Positions 18,421 to 28,041 of a stretch of 64,000 nt of DNA are shown in pieces. A model generated the notes under the pieces. It saw nothing but the letters and a program-made list of their open reading frames with translations. It was not told the DNA's origin and ran no database searches. The stretch is from Bacillota bacterium (lineage in GTDB: Bacteria; Bacillota; Limnochordia; Limnochordales; ZCTH02-B6). Each line of letters starts with the position of its first letter. The stretch's first letter is position 1. A program made the translations under genes and the position numbers. Location: contig JACDOI010000005.1 of the NCBI GenBank assembly GCA_017656145.1, positions 12,941-76,940 of the forward strand, written 5' to 3'.

Positions 18421-19265
18421 GACCGAGCCCCTTCCCGCGACCCCGGCGCCCCGTGCTCTGACGCGCGCCCGGCCTCGGAGCCGGCGCGGCAAGCGGAAAC
18501 CGTTCCCAGCCCCGGCACCGCCCCGTACGCCACCCGGCTGCGGCGTCCTCCCGTCACGGTCGAAAGGCCCAGCTCTTCGAAAACGGGACTGCAGGCCCGT
18601 TCTTTGACGACCACCCGCCGGCGGGCTACCCGCCGGGCCAGGGCGATATCCTCAGGAGAGAGGGGACGGTGGCAAGCCAGCTCCCGCCACGGACGCATGG
18701 AGGCGGATTCCATTACCGGGTCCCGGAACATGGGGTCGAAGTAGACGACATCGAAGGAACCGGCCGGCAACTGCGCCAGATAATCCCGGAAATCCGCCGT
18801 CACCACTTCAATGCGGCGCATGGCGGCCCGCGTTCCGGCATGGCCGGGATCATGCTCGCGGAAGCCCCGCCGGACCAGTTCCGCCAAAACGGGCACCGTC
18901 TCCAGGCCCACTACCCGGCCGGCCTCACCAACCACATACGACGCCACGATCGCGTCCGCGCCCAAACCCAAAGTGCAGTCGAGCACCGAGTCTTTCGGTC
19001 CAAGGTCCATGGCCTCGACCATGACGTCGGGCTTTCCCCGCTCCAGCTGGCGTATCCGGGGCCGGGCCATGCCGGGATGGAAGAAAATTTCCCCTGCCGG
19101 CGACTGGATGACCAGCCGCTCCCGGGTGACGACCAACGCCGCGCTGGCTCCGAGCTGGCGCCACGCCCCCCGGCGCTGGCGGAACTCAAGGCCCAATCGA
19201 GCCGCCAGCTCCCGGGCCAAGCGTTCCTGTTCAGGCGTCGCCTGCCGGGACGTGGTGACAACCAT
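18417..19265 (-). CDS. class I SAM-dependent methyltransferase, RsmJ-like (DUF548-type)
   Basis: Contains VLDCTLGLGADA (SAM-binding loop) and VVYFDPMF (RsmJ-like motif). ATG 19265 overlaps the mutL stop by 1 nt (TGATG). The 3' end is coupled to miaA. Confidence 0.65.
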   Translation of the reverse strand: MVVTTSRQATPEQERLARELAARLGLEFRQRRGAWRQLGASAALVVTRERLVIQSPAGEIFFHPGMARPRIRQLERGKPDVMVEAMDLGPKDSVLDCTLGLGADAIVASYVVGEAGRVVGLETVPVLAELVRRGFREHDPGHAGTRAAMRRIEVVTADFRDYLAQLPAGSFDVVYFDPMFRDPVMESASMRPWRELACHRPLSPEDIALARRVARRRVVVKERACSPVFEELGLSTVTGGRRSRVAYGAVPGLGTVSACRAGSEAGRASEHGAPGSREGARS

Positions 19266-21172
19266 CAGTGGCGACCGAACCTCCTCTCCAGATCCGCCCG
19301 CCCTACCTCGATGATGATGGGCCGGCCGTGGGGACAGGCAAACGGGTTTTCGCACTCCGAAAGTTCGGCCACGAGTTTCGCCATTCGGGTCCGGTCCAGG
19401 ACCTGCCCAGCCTTGATGGCGGACCGGCACGCCACGGCGGCCGCGAGGCGGTGGGGGTTCCACCGCCCTTCAGCCTCGCAGGCGGACAGCACTTCGTCGA
19501 GCAACTGCCCTATCCGGGACGGGTCGGGCGACGACAGCGCCACAGGCAGGCCGCGTACGAGATAGGAGGTGCCGCCGAACGGTTCCAACAGAAAGCCCAT
19601 TTCTTCGAGCTTGTCCCGGTACTGCTCGGCGAGGCCGCTTCGGGCGGGAGGCAGCGTGACGCTGACGGGAGCCAGCAACCGTTGGACCGCATGAGGGCCG
19701 CCGTCCCGCAGGATCCGCTCGTACAAGACCCGCTCGTGGGCCACGTGCTGATCGACGATCCAAAGCCCGCCGGGCGTTTCTCCCAAGATGAAGGTCCGGT
19801 GCAGCTGGCCGAGGATTTCCATGCGCCGCAAGATCTCCCGGCCGCCGGATTCTTCCCCTGCTCCAACCCCGGGCGCGGCCCGCGTCCCGCTACCCGTCCG
19901 GCCGGCCTCGAACGAGCCGTCCGCCCCCCAAGAAGGGGCCAGTTCCCGGACCGCGGACTCCTCCCGAAAGACCGCGGTCTTCCCGGTCGCTGCTGCCCGG
20001 ACGACCGTCCACTCCCCTTGAGCGCTTTCCGATTTCCCGGCAGGCTCAGACGCCGGCGTCCGGCCTTCCCCGGGGGATTGAGCCCGCGGGTACGGCAGCG
20101 GTGCGGGAGCGACGCCCTTCTCGGACGGATGGGGCCTGGGCGGCGTATCGTCGAGGGTGGAATGGCCCGGCACTAGATTGGCCGAAAGCAGCGCCCGGCG
20201 CACCGCCCGGTGAACCGCTCGGAACACCGTATCGTCCGCCCGGAACCGGACCTCGGCTTTGGCTGGGTGCACGTTGACGTCGACTGCGGCCGGATCGCAT
20301 TCGAGGTGGATGACCGCCGCGGGAAATCGCCTCGGCGGCAGCAGGGTGTCGTACCCTTTCTCGATGGCCCGGATGACGGACGGGCTATGGATGAAGCGGC
20401 CGTTCAGGACGACGCACATCCGATCCCGGTTCCCGTAGTGCAGCGCCGGCTTGCCGACAAGGCCGGACACCGAAAGACCGTTCATTTCGAACTGGACCGC
20501 CAACATCTCCCGAGCGGACTGCGGGCCGAAGATCGCCGCCACCGCGGAAGCCAGCAGGCCGTCGCCGGGAGCCACCAGAACTTCCCGCCCGTCCGCGACG
20601 AGCCGGAAGGCCACCTCCGGCCGGGCAAGGCTCAACCGGGCGACGACGTCGGCCACGTGCCGCTTTTCGGCGGCATCCGAGCGGAGAAACTTGTACCTTG
20701 CGGGTGTGTTGAAAAACAGCCGCCGCACGATGACGGTGGTCCCCGGCGGCGCCCCGACGGGCGAGCGGCCTTTGGGCTTGCCGGCCGCAATCTCGTACAA
20801 GGTTCCTTCGAGCTGTTCAGGCGTCCTGGTCCGCATTTCGACCTCGGCCACCGCCGCGATGCTGGCCAGGGCTTCGCCGCGGAAGCCGAGGGTGGAGACG
20901 GCCGACAAATCCGCGGCCGTGACGATCTTGCTCGTCGCGTGCCGGCAAAACGCGAGCGGCACCTCGTCCGGCGGGATGCCGGCACCGTCGTCGCTGACCC
21001 GGATGTACTCCTTGCCGCCGCCCCGGATCTCGACTTCGATGCGGCGAGCTCCCGCGTCCAGGGCGTTTTCCACCAGTTCTTTGACGACCGACGCCGGCCG
21101 CTCGATGACCTCCCCCGCCGCGATCTGGTTCGCGACGTGCGGATCCAGCACCGTGATGGGCCGCCGGTCCAT
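19265..21172 (-). CDS. mutL: DNA mismatch repair protein MutL (endonuclease type)
   Basis: 635 aa. GHKL ATPase N-terminus (VANQIAAGEVIERPASVVKELVENALDAGA). C-terminal endonuclease motif DQHVAHERVLYE. Confidence 0.96.
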   Translation of the reverse strand: MDRRPITVLDPHVANQIAAGEVIERPASVVKELVENALDAGARRIEVEIRGGGKEYIRVSDDGAGIPPDEVPLAFCRHATSKIVTAADLSAVSTLGFRGEALASIAAVAEVEMRTRTPEQLEGTLYEIAAGKPKGRSPVGAPPGTTVIVRRLFFNTPARYKFLRSDAAEKRHVADVVARLSLARPEVAFRLVADGREVLVAPGDGLLASAVAAIFGPQSAREMLAVQFEMNGLSVSGLVGKPALHYGNRDRMCVVLNGRFIHSPSVIRAIEKGYDTLLPPRRFPAAVIHLECDPAAVDVNVHPAKAEVRFRADDTVFRAVHRAVRRALLSANLVPGHSTLDDTPPRPHPSEKGVAPAPLPYPRAQSPGEGRTPASEPAGKSESAQGEWTVVRAAATGKTAVFREESAVRELAPSWGADGSFEAGRTGSGTRAAPGVGAGEESGGREILRRMEILGQLHRTFILGETPGGLWIVDQHVAHERVLYERILRDGGPHAVQRLLAPVSVTLPPARSGLAEQYRDKLEEMGFLLEPFGGTSYLVRGLPVALSSPDPSRIGQLLDEVLSACEAEGRWNPHRLAAAVACRSAIKAGQVLDRTRMAKLVAELSECENPFACPHGRPIIIEVGRADLERRFGRH

Positions 21173-21190
21173 GCCGCTCCCTCCCCCGGG

Positions 21191-23830
21191 CTAGCTGTCC
21201 GCTTGCCCGCGGAGCTTCGCCTGCCACTCAGCCAAAAGGTTCAGCGCCTCAAGGGGCGTAAGGCCGGAGATGTCCAGCCGGCGCAACGATTGGAGCACCT
21301 CATCCTCGATGAGGAACGCGCCCAGCTCATCCCGGGCCCTGTCGCCGTCGCGAGCAGAGGCCGCCTCGGCCTCGAACAAGGCTGCAAGGCTCAGCTGGGC
21401 CGGTCGGGGGCGCCCTTCTTCCAATTCCTTCAGCAAACGCTGAGCCCGGAGAATGACGTCTCTTGGGACCCCGGCCATGCGGGCCACGTTGATGCCGTAG
21501 CTTTTGTCCGCTCCGCCGGGAACGATCTTGTACAGGAAGTTGATTCGTCCCCGGTTTTCGGCGACCTCGGCCCGGAAGTTGCAGGCCCGGGGCAAGGACT
21601 CGGCCAGCCTGGTCAGCTCATGGTAGTGGGTGGACACCAGCGTCCGGGCGCCGATGCGGTCGTGGATATGCTCAATGATGGCTTGGGTAAGCGCCATGCC
21701 GTCGTAGGTGCTCGTCCCCCGGCCCAGTTCATCGAGGATGATGAGGCTGCCGGCCGTTGCATGGTGCAAGATGTTCGCCGCTTCCATCATCTCCACCATG
21801 AAGGTGCTGCGGCCGGTTCCCAAGTCGTCGGCGGCGCCGATTCGGGTGAAAATGCGGTCCACGAGCCCGATGCGGGCCGAAGCGGCCGGCACGAAGCTGC
21901 CGATTTGGGCGAGGAGCGCGATGAGCGCCACCTGGCGCAAGTAGGTGCTCTTGCCGGCCATGTTGGGGCCTGTGAGCACGATGACTTGATGAGACTGCCG
22001 GTCGAGCCGGGTGTCGTTGGGGACGAAGCCCCCTTCCCGGTTCATAGCTTCCACGACCGGATGGCGCCCGTCCCGGATGTCGATGACATCGCTCTCGTCC
22101 ACCGTTGGGCGGCACCATCGCCCGGTCACCGCCACCTCCGCCAGGGCCGCCAACACGTCCAGCGTCGCGATGCGGCGGGCAGTCTCCTGGATGGCCTGCG
22201 CCTTGGAAGCCACTTCATCCCGCAGCTCGGTGAACAGCTGGTACTCCAGTTCCACGACCCGTTCCTGGGCGTTGAGGATCAACGCCTCCTGCTCTTTCAA
22301 GGCGGCCGTGACAAACCGCTCGGCGCCGGCCAGCGTCTGCTTGCGCTCATAATCCGGCGGCACCAGGTGGAGGTTGGGACGGGTCACTTCCAGGTAATAG
22401 CCGAACACTTTGTTGAAGCCGACTTTGAGGGACTTAATGCCGGTGCGGGCCCGTTCCGACTCCTCTAGCTGTGCGATCCATTCTTTGCCTTTCTGGCTCG
22501 CTTCCCGCAGCCGGTCCACTTCGCCATTGAATCCGGGCCGGATGAGCCCGCCTTCCCGCACGCCGGCCGGCGGGTTGTCGACAAGGGCCTGAGCGATTCG
22601 GTCGGCCAGCGCCGAAAGGTCGTTCAACCCTTCCGCCAGCTGCCGGAGGCTGTCGCCGGCATCCCGCGAAAGGATCAGCTCCCGGATGCGGGGCACCCGT
22701 TCCAGCGTCTGCCGCAAAGCCACCAGGTCCCGGGCGTTGGCACTGCGGTATGCCACCCGCCCAAGCAGCCGCTCGATGTCGGCCATGCCCTTGAGCAACG
22801 ACCGCAATTCAGACCGCAGGTCCCCGCGTTCGGCGAGGGCTTGCACCCCGTTGAGCCGCCAATCGATGGCGGTCCGGTCCAGCAACGGCTGGTCGAGCCA
22901 GCGCCGGAGCATCCGTCCCCCCATGGCCGTTTCGGTCCGGTCCAACACCCACAAGAGGCTTCCTTTGACAGTCCCTTCCCGAAACGTCCGGATGAGCTCC
23001 AGGCTCCGCCGGGTCGGGGCGTCGAGCACCATGTACTCGCTTGTGGAGTACGTACTGAGGGCTGTGATTTGCTGGGCCGCGGTCATCTGGGTTTCCTCCA
23101 GATACTGGAGGATCGCGCCCGCGGCGGCGACCGCCAAGGGCAGGTGTTCGCACCCGAACCCTTCCAGCGATTGGACGCCCAAGTGCTCTGTGAGCCGCCG
23201 GTAGGCTCCCTCGGGGTGAAAAGCCCGCTCGTCGTAGGTGGTGCACGCCTTGACGCATTCCCGGATCGCAGCGACCAGCGCTTCATCGGACGCCGCGCCC
23301 GGGCCTAGAAGGCACTCGGCCGGGCTCAATCGCCAAAGTTCGGACAAGAGATCTTCCCGGGCCGTCTCACCGGCAAATTGGGTCACCTGGAAATCACCGG
23401 TGGACGCATCGGCCACGGCGAGGCCGTACCCTTGCTTGCCCCGGGCGACGGCCACAAGAAAGTTGTTGGCCCGCTCCTCGAGGGAGGCAGGGCTGATGAC
23501 GGTGCCGGGCGTGACGACCCGCACCACGTCCCGGTGGACGAGGCCTTTGGCTTTCCGGGGATCTTCCAGCTGATCGCAAATCGCGACCTTGTACCCTTGC
23601 GAGACGAGCGTCGCCAGGTAGTTGTCCGCGGCATGGTACGGCACCCCGCACATGGGGATGCGCCCGGCGGAGCCCGCGTCCCGGGAGGTCAAGGTGATGC
23701 CGAGGACCCGGCTCGCGAGCTCCGCGTCGTCACCGAACATTTCATAAAAATCCCCGAGGCGAAAGAAGACGATCGCATCGGGGTGCCGCGATTTGATCCG
23801 GCGGTACTGATCGAGCATCGGAGTGGACAT
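21191..23830 (-). CDS. mutS: DNA mismatch repair protein MutS
   Basis: MSTPMLDQYRRIKSRHPDAIVFFRLGDFYEMF, Walker A GPNMAGKST, and DELGRGTSTYDG. ATG at 23830, chosen by homology to the B. subtilis N-terminus. Confidence 0.96.
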   Translation of the reverse strand: MSTPMLDQYRRIKSRHPDAIVFFRLGDFYEMFGDDAELASRVLGITLTSRDAGSAGRIPMCGVPYHAADNYLATLVSQGYKVAICDQLEDPRKAKGLVHRDVVRVVTPGTVISPASLEERANNFLVAVARGKQGYGLAVADASTGDFQVTQFAGETAREDLLSELWRLSPAECLLGPGAASDEALVAAIRECVKACTTYDERAFHPEGAYRRLTEHLGVQSLEGFGCEHLPLAVAAAGAILQYLEETQMTAAQQITALSTYSTSEYMVLDAPTRRSLELIRTFREGTVKGSLLWVLDRTETAMGGRMLRRWLDQPLLDRTAIDWRLNGVQALAERGDLRSELRSLLKGMADIERLLGRVAYRSANARDLVALRQTLERVPRIRELILSRDAGDSLRQLAEGLNDLSALADRIAQALVDNPPAGVREGGLIRPGFNGEVDRLREASQKGKEWIAQLEESERARTGIKSLKVGFNKVFGYYLEVTRPNLHLVPPDYERKQTLAGAERFVTAALKEQEALILNAQERVVELEYQLFTELRDEVASKAQAIQETARRIATLDVLAALAEVAVTGRWCRPTVDESDVIDIRDGRHPVVEAMNREGGFVPNDTRLDRQSHQVIVLTGPNMAGKSTYLRQVALIALLAQIGSFVPAASARIGLVDRIFTRIGAADDLGTGRSTFMVEMMEAANILHHATAGSLIILDELGRGTSTYDGMALTQAIIEHIHDRIGARTLVSTHYHELTRLAESLPRACNFRAEVAENRGRINFLYKIVPGGADKSYGINVARMAGVPRDVILRAQRLLKELEEGRPRPAQLSLAALFEAEAASARDGDRARDELGAFLIEDEVLQSLRRLDISGLTPLEALNLLAEWQAKLRGQADS

Positions 23831-23835
23831 GGCCT

Positions 23836-25269
23836 TTACGCGGTCCTGGCGGCCGCGGCCACCTCCACGTCGCCGACCAGCGTCCATGTGCGGGCCTCGG
23901 TAATGCGCACCGGCACCACCCGGCCCACGAGAGCCTCATCCCCGTGGAAGACGACGATCTTGTTGCCCCGGGTGCGGCCTGTAAGGCGCGCCGGGTCCTT
24001 TTCGCTTTTGCCTTCGACGAGCACCTCTTGCACGGTGCCGACGAGGGCCCGGTTGCGGGCGGCGGTAATTTCGTTTTGGATCTCGATCAACCGGTGAATC
24101 CGAGTCCGCTGCACCTCTTCGGGCACCGGGTTTGGAAGGCGCGGCGCGCCGGTACCGGGCCGGGGCGAGTAGATGAAGGTGAACGCCCCGTCAAACTGGA
24201 CTTCCTTGACCAGCCGGACGGTGTCCTCAAACTCCTCGTCGGTCTCCCCGGGGAATCCGACGATGATGTCGGTGGTGATGGTCAGGCCGGGAATGTTGCT
24301 GCGCAGCTTGTCGATCAGGGCCAGGTACTCCTCCCGGGTGTAGCGGCGCCCCATCAGTTTGAGGATGCGGTTGTTGCCCGACTGCACCGGCAAGTGAAGG
24401 TGCTCGCACACCTTCCCGGCGTCCCGCATGGCAATGATCAGGTCGTCGGTGATATCCCGCGGATGTGAAGTGGTGAACCGGATGCGTTCAAGGCCCGGGA
24501 TTTCATTCAGCCGCCACAGCAGCGAAGCCAGGGTGGTGCCGTCGCCCAGGTCTTTCCCGTACGCGTCCACCGTCTGGCCGAGCAGCGTCACTTCCTTATA
24601 ACCCTCTGCAGCCAGCTGCTCCACTTCGTTGATGATATAGCCCGCCCGGCGGCTGCGCTGGCGGCCCCGCGTCTGGGGGACGATGCAGAAGCTGCACCGG
24701 TAGTCGCACCCGTAGATGATGGTGACGTACGCCTTCAGACGGTCTTCCCGCACGACGGGAAGTCCCTCGACGATGTCACCCTCTTCGTCCCAAACTTCCA
24801 TCACCCGCTGCCCGGTCTCTTGCACCTGCATGAGCAGCTCGGGCAGCCGGTGCAAGTTCATCGTGCCGAAGATCAAATCGACGTGGGGCAGCCGCTCCCA
24901 CAGCTTCTGCCGTTCCACCCGGCTTTGGGGCATGCAACCGCAGATCCCGATGATGAGGTGCGGCTTGGCTTCCTTCAGCTTCTTAAGTAGCCCGACCTGG
25001 CCGTACACTTTGCGCTCGGGATTCTCCCGAACGGAGCACGTGTTGTACAAGATCACATCGGCTTCCGCCGGGTCGTCGGTGCGGGAATAACCCATGCGGG
25101 CCAAAAGACCGAACATGGTCTGGGTGTCCAGCTCGTTCATCTGGCAGCCCAAAGTGACGATATGGGCTTTCTTGCCTGTACCGAGGCCGTTTCCGGGCAA
25201 ATGATCCTGGGGCTTGACGTCCGCCCCCGCCGGAACGGCCGGATTGACGATGGGCAGATCGAGCGCCAT
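23836..25269 (-). CDS. miaB: tRNA-2-methylthio-N6-dimethylallyladenosine synthase (radical SAM)
   Basis: 477 aa with LGCQMNELD, NTCSVRE, the radical-SAM CDYRCSFC motif and a C-terminal TRAM domain. Confidence 0.95.
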   Translation of the reverse strand: MALDLPIVNPAVPAGADVKPQDHLPGNGLGTGKKAHIVTLGCQMNELDTQTMFGLLARMGYSRTDDPAEADVILYNTCSVRENPERKVYGQVGLLKKLKEAKPHLIIGICGCMPQSRVERQKLWERLPHVDLIFGTMNLHRLPELLMQVQETGQRVMEVWDEEGDIVEGLPVVREDRLKAYVTIIYGCDYRCSFCIVPQTRGRQRSRRAGYIINEVEQLAAEGYKEVTLLGQTVDAYGKDLGDGTTLASLLWRLNEIPGLERIRFTTSHPRDITDDLIIAMRDAGKVCEHLHLPVQSGNNRILKLMGRRYTREEYLALIDKLRSNIPGLTITTDIIVGFPGETDEEFEDTVRLVKEVQFDGAFTFIYSPRPGTGAPRLPNPVPEEVQRTRIHRLIEIQNEITAARNRALVGTVQEVLVEGKSEKDPARLTGRTRGNKIVVFHGDEALVGRVVPVRITEARTWTLVGDVEVAAAARTA

Positions 25270-25567
25270 GGCGTTCCCTCCGTTCGTCGTGCCGCAAACC
25301 CCTGATAGCCAAAAGGCGCATCCCCGCCATAGGCGATCCCCATTTTAGTACATCTCCCCGGACGGGGCAAGGAAGACGAATCCGGCCCGGCGAACCGTTG
25401 TCGAGGGTGGAGACGGTGCGACGATCCCGACTGTGGAAGGTGTTCGCCTTCGGGCTGGCCATGGGACTTCTCGCCGCGGTGGTCACCCGCGCGGTCGCCG
25501 AATTCCGCGCCATCCGGGCGGTGCTGTTCCAGTAGCGGTTCGGGCAGCGGGCTTGGGCCCGCGGCCT

Positions 25568-26752
25568 TCAGACGGGCTCCTCAGGTCCTACGACCCTCGT
25601 TTGGATGCCGGCCAGCGCCCGCTCGACAAGCCCTTGGACGTCCAAGGCTCGCTCGGCCTCCTCGGCTTCGGCAATGGTGGGCCGGGTGGCCGGGTGCTCG
25701 GGCACAAACAGCGTGCAGCAGTCCTCATACGGACGGATCGAGATCGGGTACGTGCCGATCTCCTGGGCCCGGGCGACGATCTCCTGTTTATCGAAACCAA
25801 CCAGTGGCCGCAAGATGGGCATGCACGTCACCGCGTTGATCGAGGCCATGCTCTCCAACGTTTGGCTGGCCACCTGCCCCACGCTTTCGCCCGTGACCAG
25901 CGCCAGTGCGCCCACTTGCCTGGCCAAAGACTCGGCGATGCGCAACATGAAGCGGCGCATGAGCGTGATCATCAAGTCGTGGGGGCAGCGGCGGCGCAGT
26001 TCGGTTTGGATTTCGGTGAAGTGGACGACGTGGAGGCGCACAACCCCCCCCCAGCGGGCCAGAACCTTGCTGAGGTCCTCTACCTTGGCAAGGGATCGCT
26101 CGCTCGTAAAGGGAGGGCTGTGAAAGTGCACTGCCTCAAGCCGGATGCCCCGTTTCAAGGCCATCCAACCGGCCACCGGGCTGTCGATGCCGCCCGAAAG
26201 CAAAAGCAGCGCCCGGCTGCTCGCGCCCACCGGCAGGCCGCCGGGCCCGGGCACCTGGTCCGAGTAGACATAGGCGGCGTGCTCCCGCACTTCGATCGCT
26301 ACGACGAGCTGGCTGCCCTTGAGCTGCACCTGGAGGTTGGGCATGTTCCGAAGCAGGTGGGTGCCGACCGTTTCGTTGATTTGTTGCGATGTCAAGGGAA
26401 ACGATTTGTTGGGTCGGCGGGCGTCCACCCGAAACGTGAGGGGACCGGACGCCGCTTTGTCCCGGACGAGTCTGAGGGCCGCGTCCTTGATGGCCTCGAT
26501 GTCCAGCGGGACCTTGAGCGCGGGGCTGGCCCCGACGACGCCGAATACTTGCCGGAGCCGGTTCAAGGCCGCCCCGACGTCCTCCTCCCGTTCCAACTCG
26601 ACGAACAATCGGCCGTACGCCCGTCGGACCCGGTTGGGCAGCTGTGGTCCCAGGGCCTCGTGGATGTTGCGGGCCAGCTGCTCTTCGAACAATCGACGGT
26701 TCTGGCCCTTGAGGCCTATCTCTCCGTACCTCACCAACACAAGATGCGACAA
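25568..26752 (-). CDS. thiI: tRNA 4-thiouridine(8) synthase ThiI
   Basis: LVLVRYGEIGLKGQNR (THUMP N-terminus) and the PP-loop LLLSGGIDSPVA. TTG at 26752 has GGAAGGAGAA about 6 nt upstream, 20 nt after the desulfurase stop. Confidence 0.93.
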   Translation of the reverse strand: MSHLVLVRYGEIGLKGQNRRLFEEQLARNIHEALGPQLPNRVRRAYGRLFVELEREEDVGAALNRLRQVFGVVGASPALKVPLDIEAIKDAALRLVRDKAASGPLTFRVDARRPNKSFPLTSQQINETVGTHLLRNMPNLQVQLKGSQLVVAIEVREHAAYVYSDQVPGPGGLPVGASSRALLLLSGGIDSPVAGWMALKRGIRLEAVHFHSPPFTSERSLAKVEDLSKVLARWGGVVRLHVVHFTEIQTELRRRCPHDLMITLMRRFMLRIAESLARQVGALALVTGESVGQVASQTLESMASINAVTCMPILRPLVGFDKQEIVARAQEIGTYPISIRPYEDCCTLFVPEHPATRPTIAEAEEAERALDVQGLVERALAGIQTRVVGPEEPV

Positions 26753-26771
26753 GGGGATTCTCCTTCCGGCG

Positions 26772-27932
26772 CTAGGCACCAACGAGCTGGCGCAGTTGTT
26801 CCACTACTCTCGCGATGCGCTCCGCGGCCCGATCGATCTCCGCCTCCGTCGTCAATGGGGAAAGGCTCAACCGCAGCGCCCCGCCGGCTACGTCGTCAGA
26901 AAGCCCCAGTGCCGTCAGCACGTGGCTGTGGCCGGGCCGCCGGGACGAGCACGCGGAGCCGGTCGAGACGTACACCCCTTCATCGGCCAGGGCGTGCACG
27001 AGCACCTCGCCCTTTAGGCCTGGAAACGACACATTGAGGATGTGTGGAGCCCGTTCGGCCGGATCCGGCGGGCCGTTGAGCACCGCCCACGGGACAGCTT
27101 CCTTAACGGACGACCACAAGCGATCCCGAAGCCGCGCCATGCGAGGACCGGCCTCGGGCAACGTCTCGGCGGCGCGAGCCGCCGCTTGCCCGAAGCCCAC
27201 AATTCCGGCCACGTTTTCGGTGCCGGGCCGCAGGCCCCGCTCCTGGCTGCCGGTCCCAAACAGCGGCACGAGCCGCACGCCGGCACGCACCCAGAGGAGG
27301 CCGACGCCTTTCGGACCGTGGATCTTGTGGGCGCTGGCCGATAGAAGATCGAATGGTTGATTGTCCACCGCGACGGGCACCTTGCCGACGGCCTGAACAG
27401 CGTCAACGTGCACGAGGATGTCCGGGTCGAGGGCCTTGACCGCCCGCGCGATATCGGCCACAGGATGAAGCGTTCCCAGCTCGTTGTTGACCCACATGAG
27501 GCTGACGAGGGCCGTATCGTCTCGCAACGCCGCCTTCACCTGTTCGGGTTCGATCCGCCCGGTCCGGTCAACGGGGAGCCGGGTGACCGAAAACCCTTCG
27601 GCCTCCAGAAGCTGGCAGGCATTGAGCACCGACGAATGCTCCGTGCTGCCGGTGATGATGTGGCGCCGCCGGGTCCGGGCTCGCGCTGCTCCTATGATGG
27701 CCAGGGCGTTGGCCTCCGTGCCGCCGGAGGTGAACACGATATCGTCGGCCCGGGCGCCGATGAGCCGCGCCACCCGCTCCCGCGCCTCCCGCACCGCCCG
27801 CTCCGCTTCCAGGCCTTTGCGGTGCGATGATGAGGGATTGCCGTACGCGTAGCACAAGAACCGGGTCATCTCGTCCGCGACTTCTCGCAAGACCGGCGTC
27901 GTCGCCGCGTTGTCCAGGTATACCTCGGCCAT
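26772..27932 (-). CDS. cysteine desulfurase (NifS/IscS class V aminotransferase) paired with thiI
   Basis: Contains VYLDNAATTP, SAHKIHGPKGVG (PLP lysine) and SGSACSS (catalytic Cys). ATG at 27932 with GGGAGGTG RBS. Confidence 0.93.
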   Translation of the reverse strand: MAEVYLDNAATTPVLREVADEMTRFLCYAYGNPSSSHRKGLEAERAVREARERVARLIGARADDIVFTSGGTEANALAIIGAARARTRRRHIITGSTEHSSVLNACQLLEAEGFSVTRLPVDRTGRIEPEQVKAALRDDTALVSLMWVNNELGTLHPVADIARAVKALDPDILVHVDAVQAVGKVPVAVDNQPFDLLSASAHKIHGPKGVGLLWVRAGVRLVPLFGTGSQERGLRPGTENVAGIVGFGQAAARAAETLPEAGPRMARLRDRLWSSVKEAVPWAVLNGPPDPAERAPHILNVSFPGLKGEVLVHALADEGVYVSTGSACSSRRPGHSHVLTALGLSDDVAGGALRLSLSPLTTEAEIDRAAERIARVVEQLRQLVGA

Positions 27933-27989
27933 GGTCCGCACCTCCCGTTCTCCATCAGTATACCAGAACGCGCCGCTCGCCAAGGCGCG

Positions 27990-28017
27990 CCGGAGGGGCG
28001 CCGCGGCGCCCCTCCGG
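27990..28017 (-). terminator. perfect 13-bp GC-rich palindrome after the SLH gene (possible U-tract-less terminator)
   Basis: CCGGAGGGGCGCC-gc-GGCGCCCCTCCGG, 25 nt downstream of the stop at 28042. No T-run follows. Confidence 0.4.
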
Positions 28018-28041
28018 TGTTGCCGGTGCTAGTTGGACGAC

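Noticed and set aside
20210-22468. 752-aa plus-strand ORF over mutL/mutS
   Set aside because: It is antisense to MutL and MutS, which have unambiguous motifs. Artefact of GC-rich coding.
25433-27037. 534-aa plus-strand ORF over thiI and the cysteine desulfurase gene
   Set aside because: It is antisense to ThiI and the desulfurase and has no recognisable domains.
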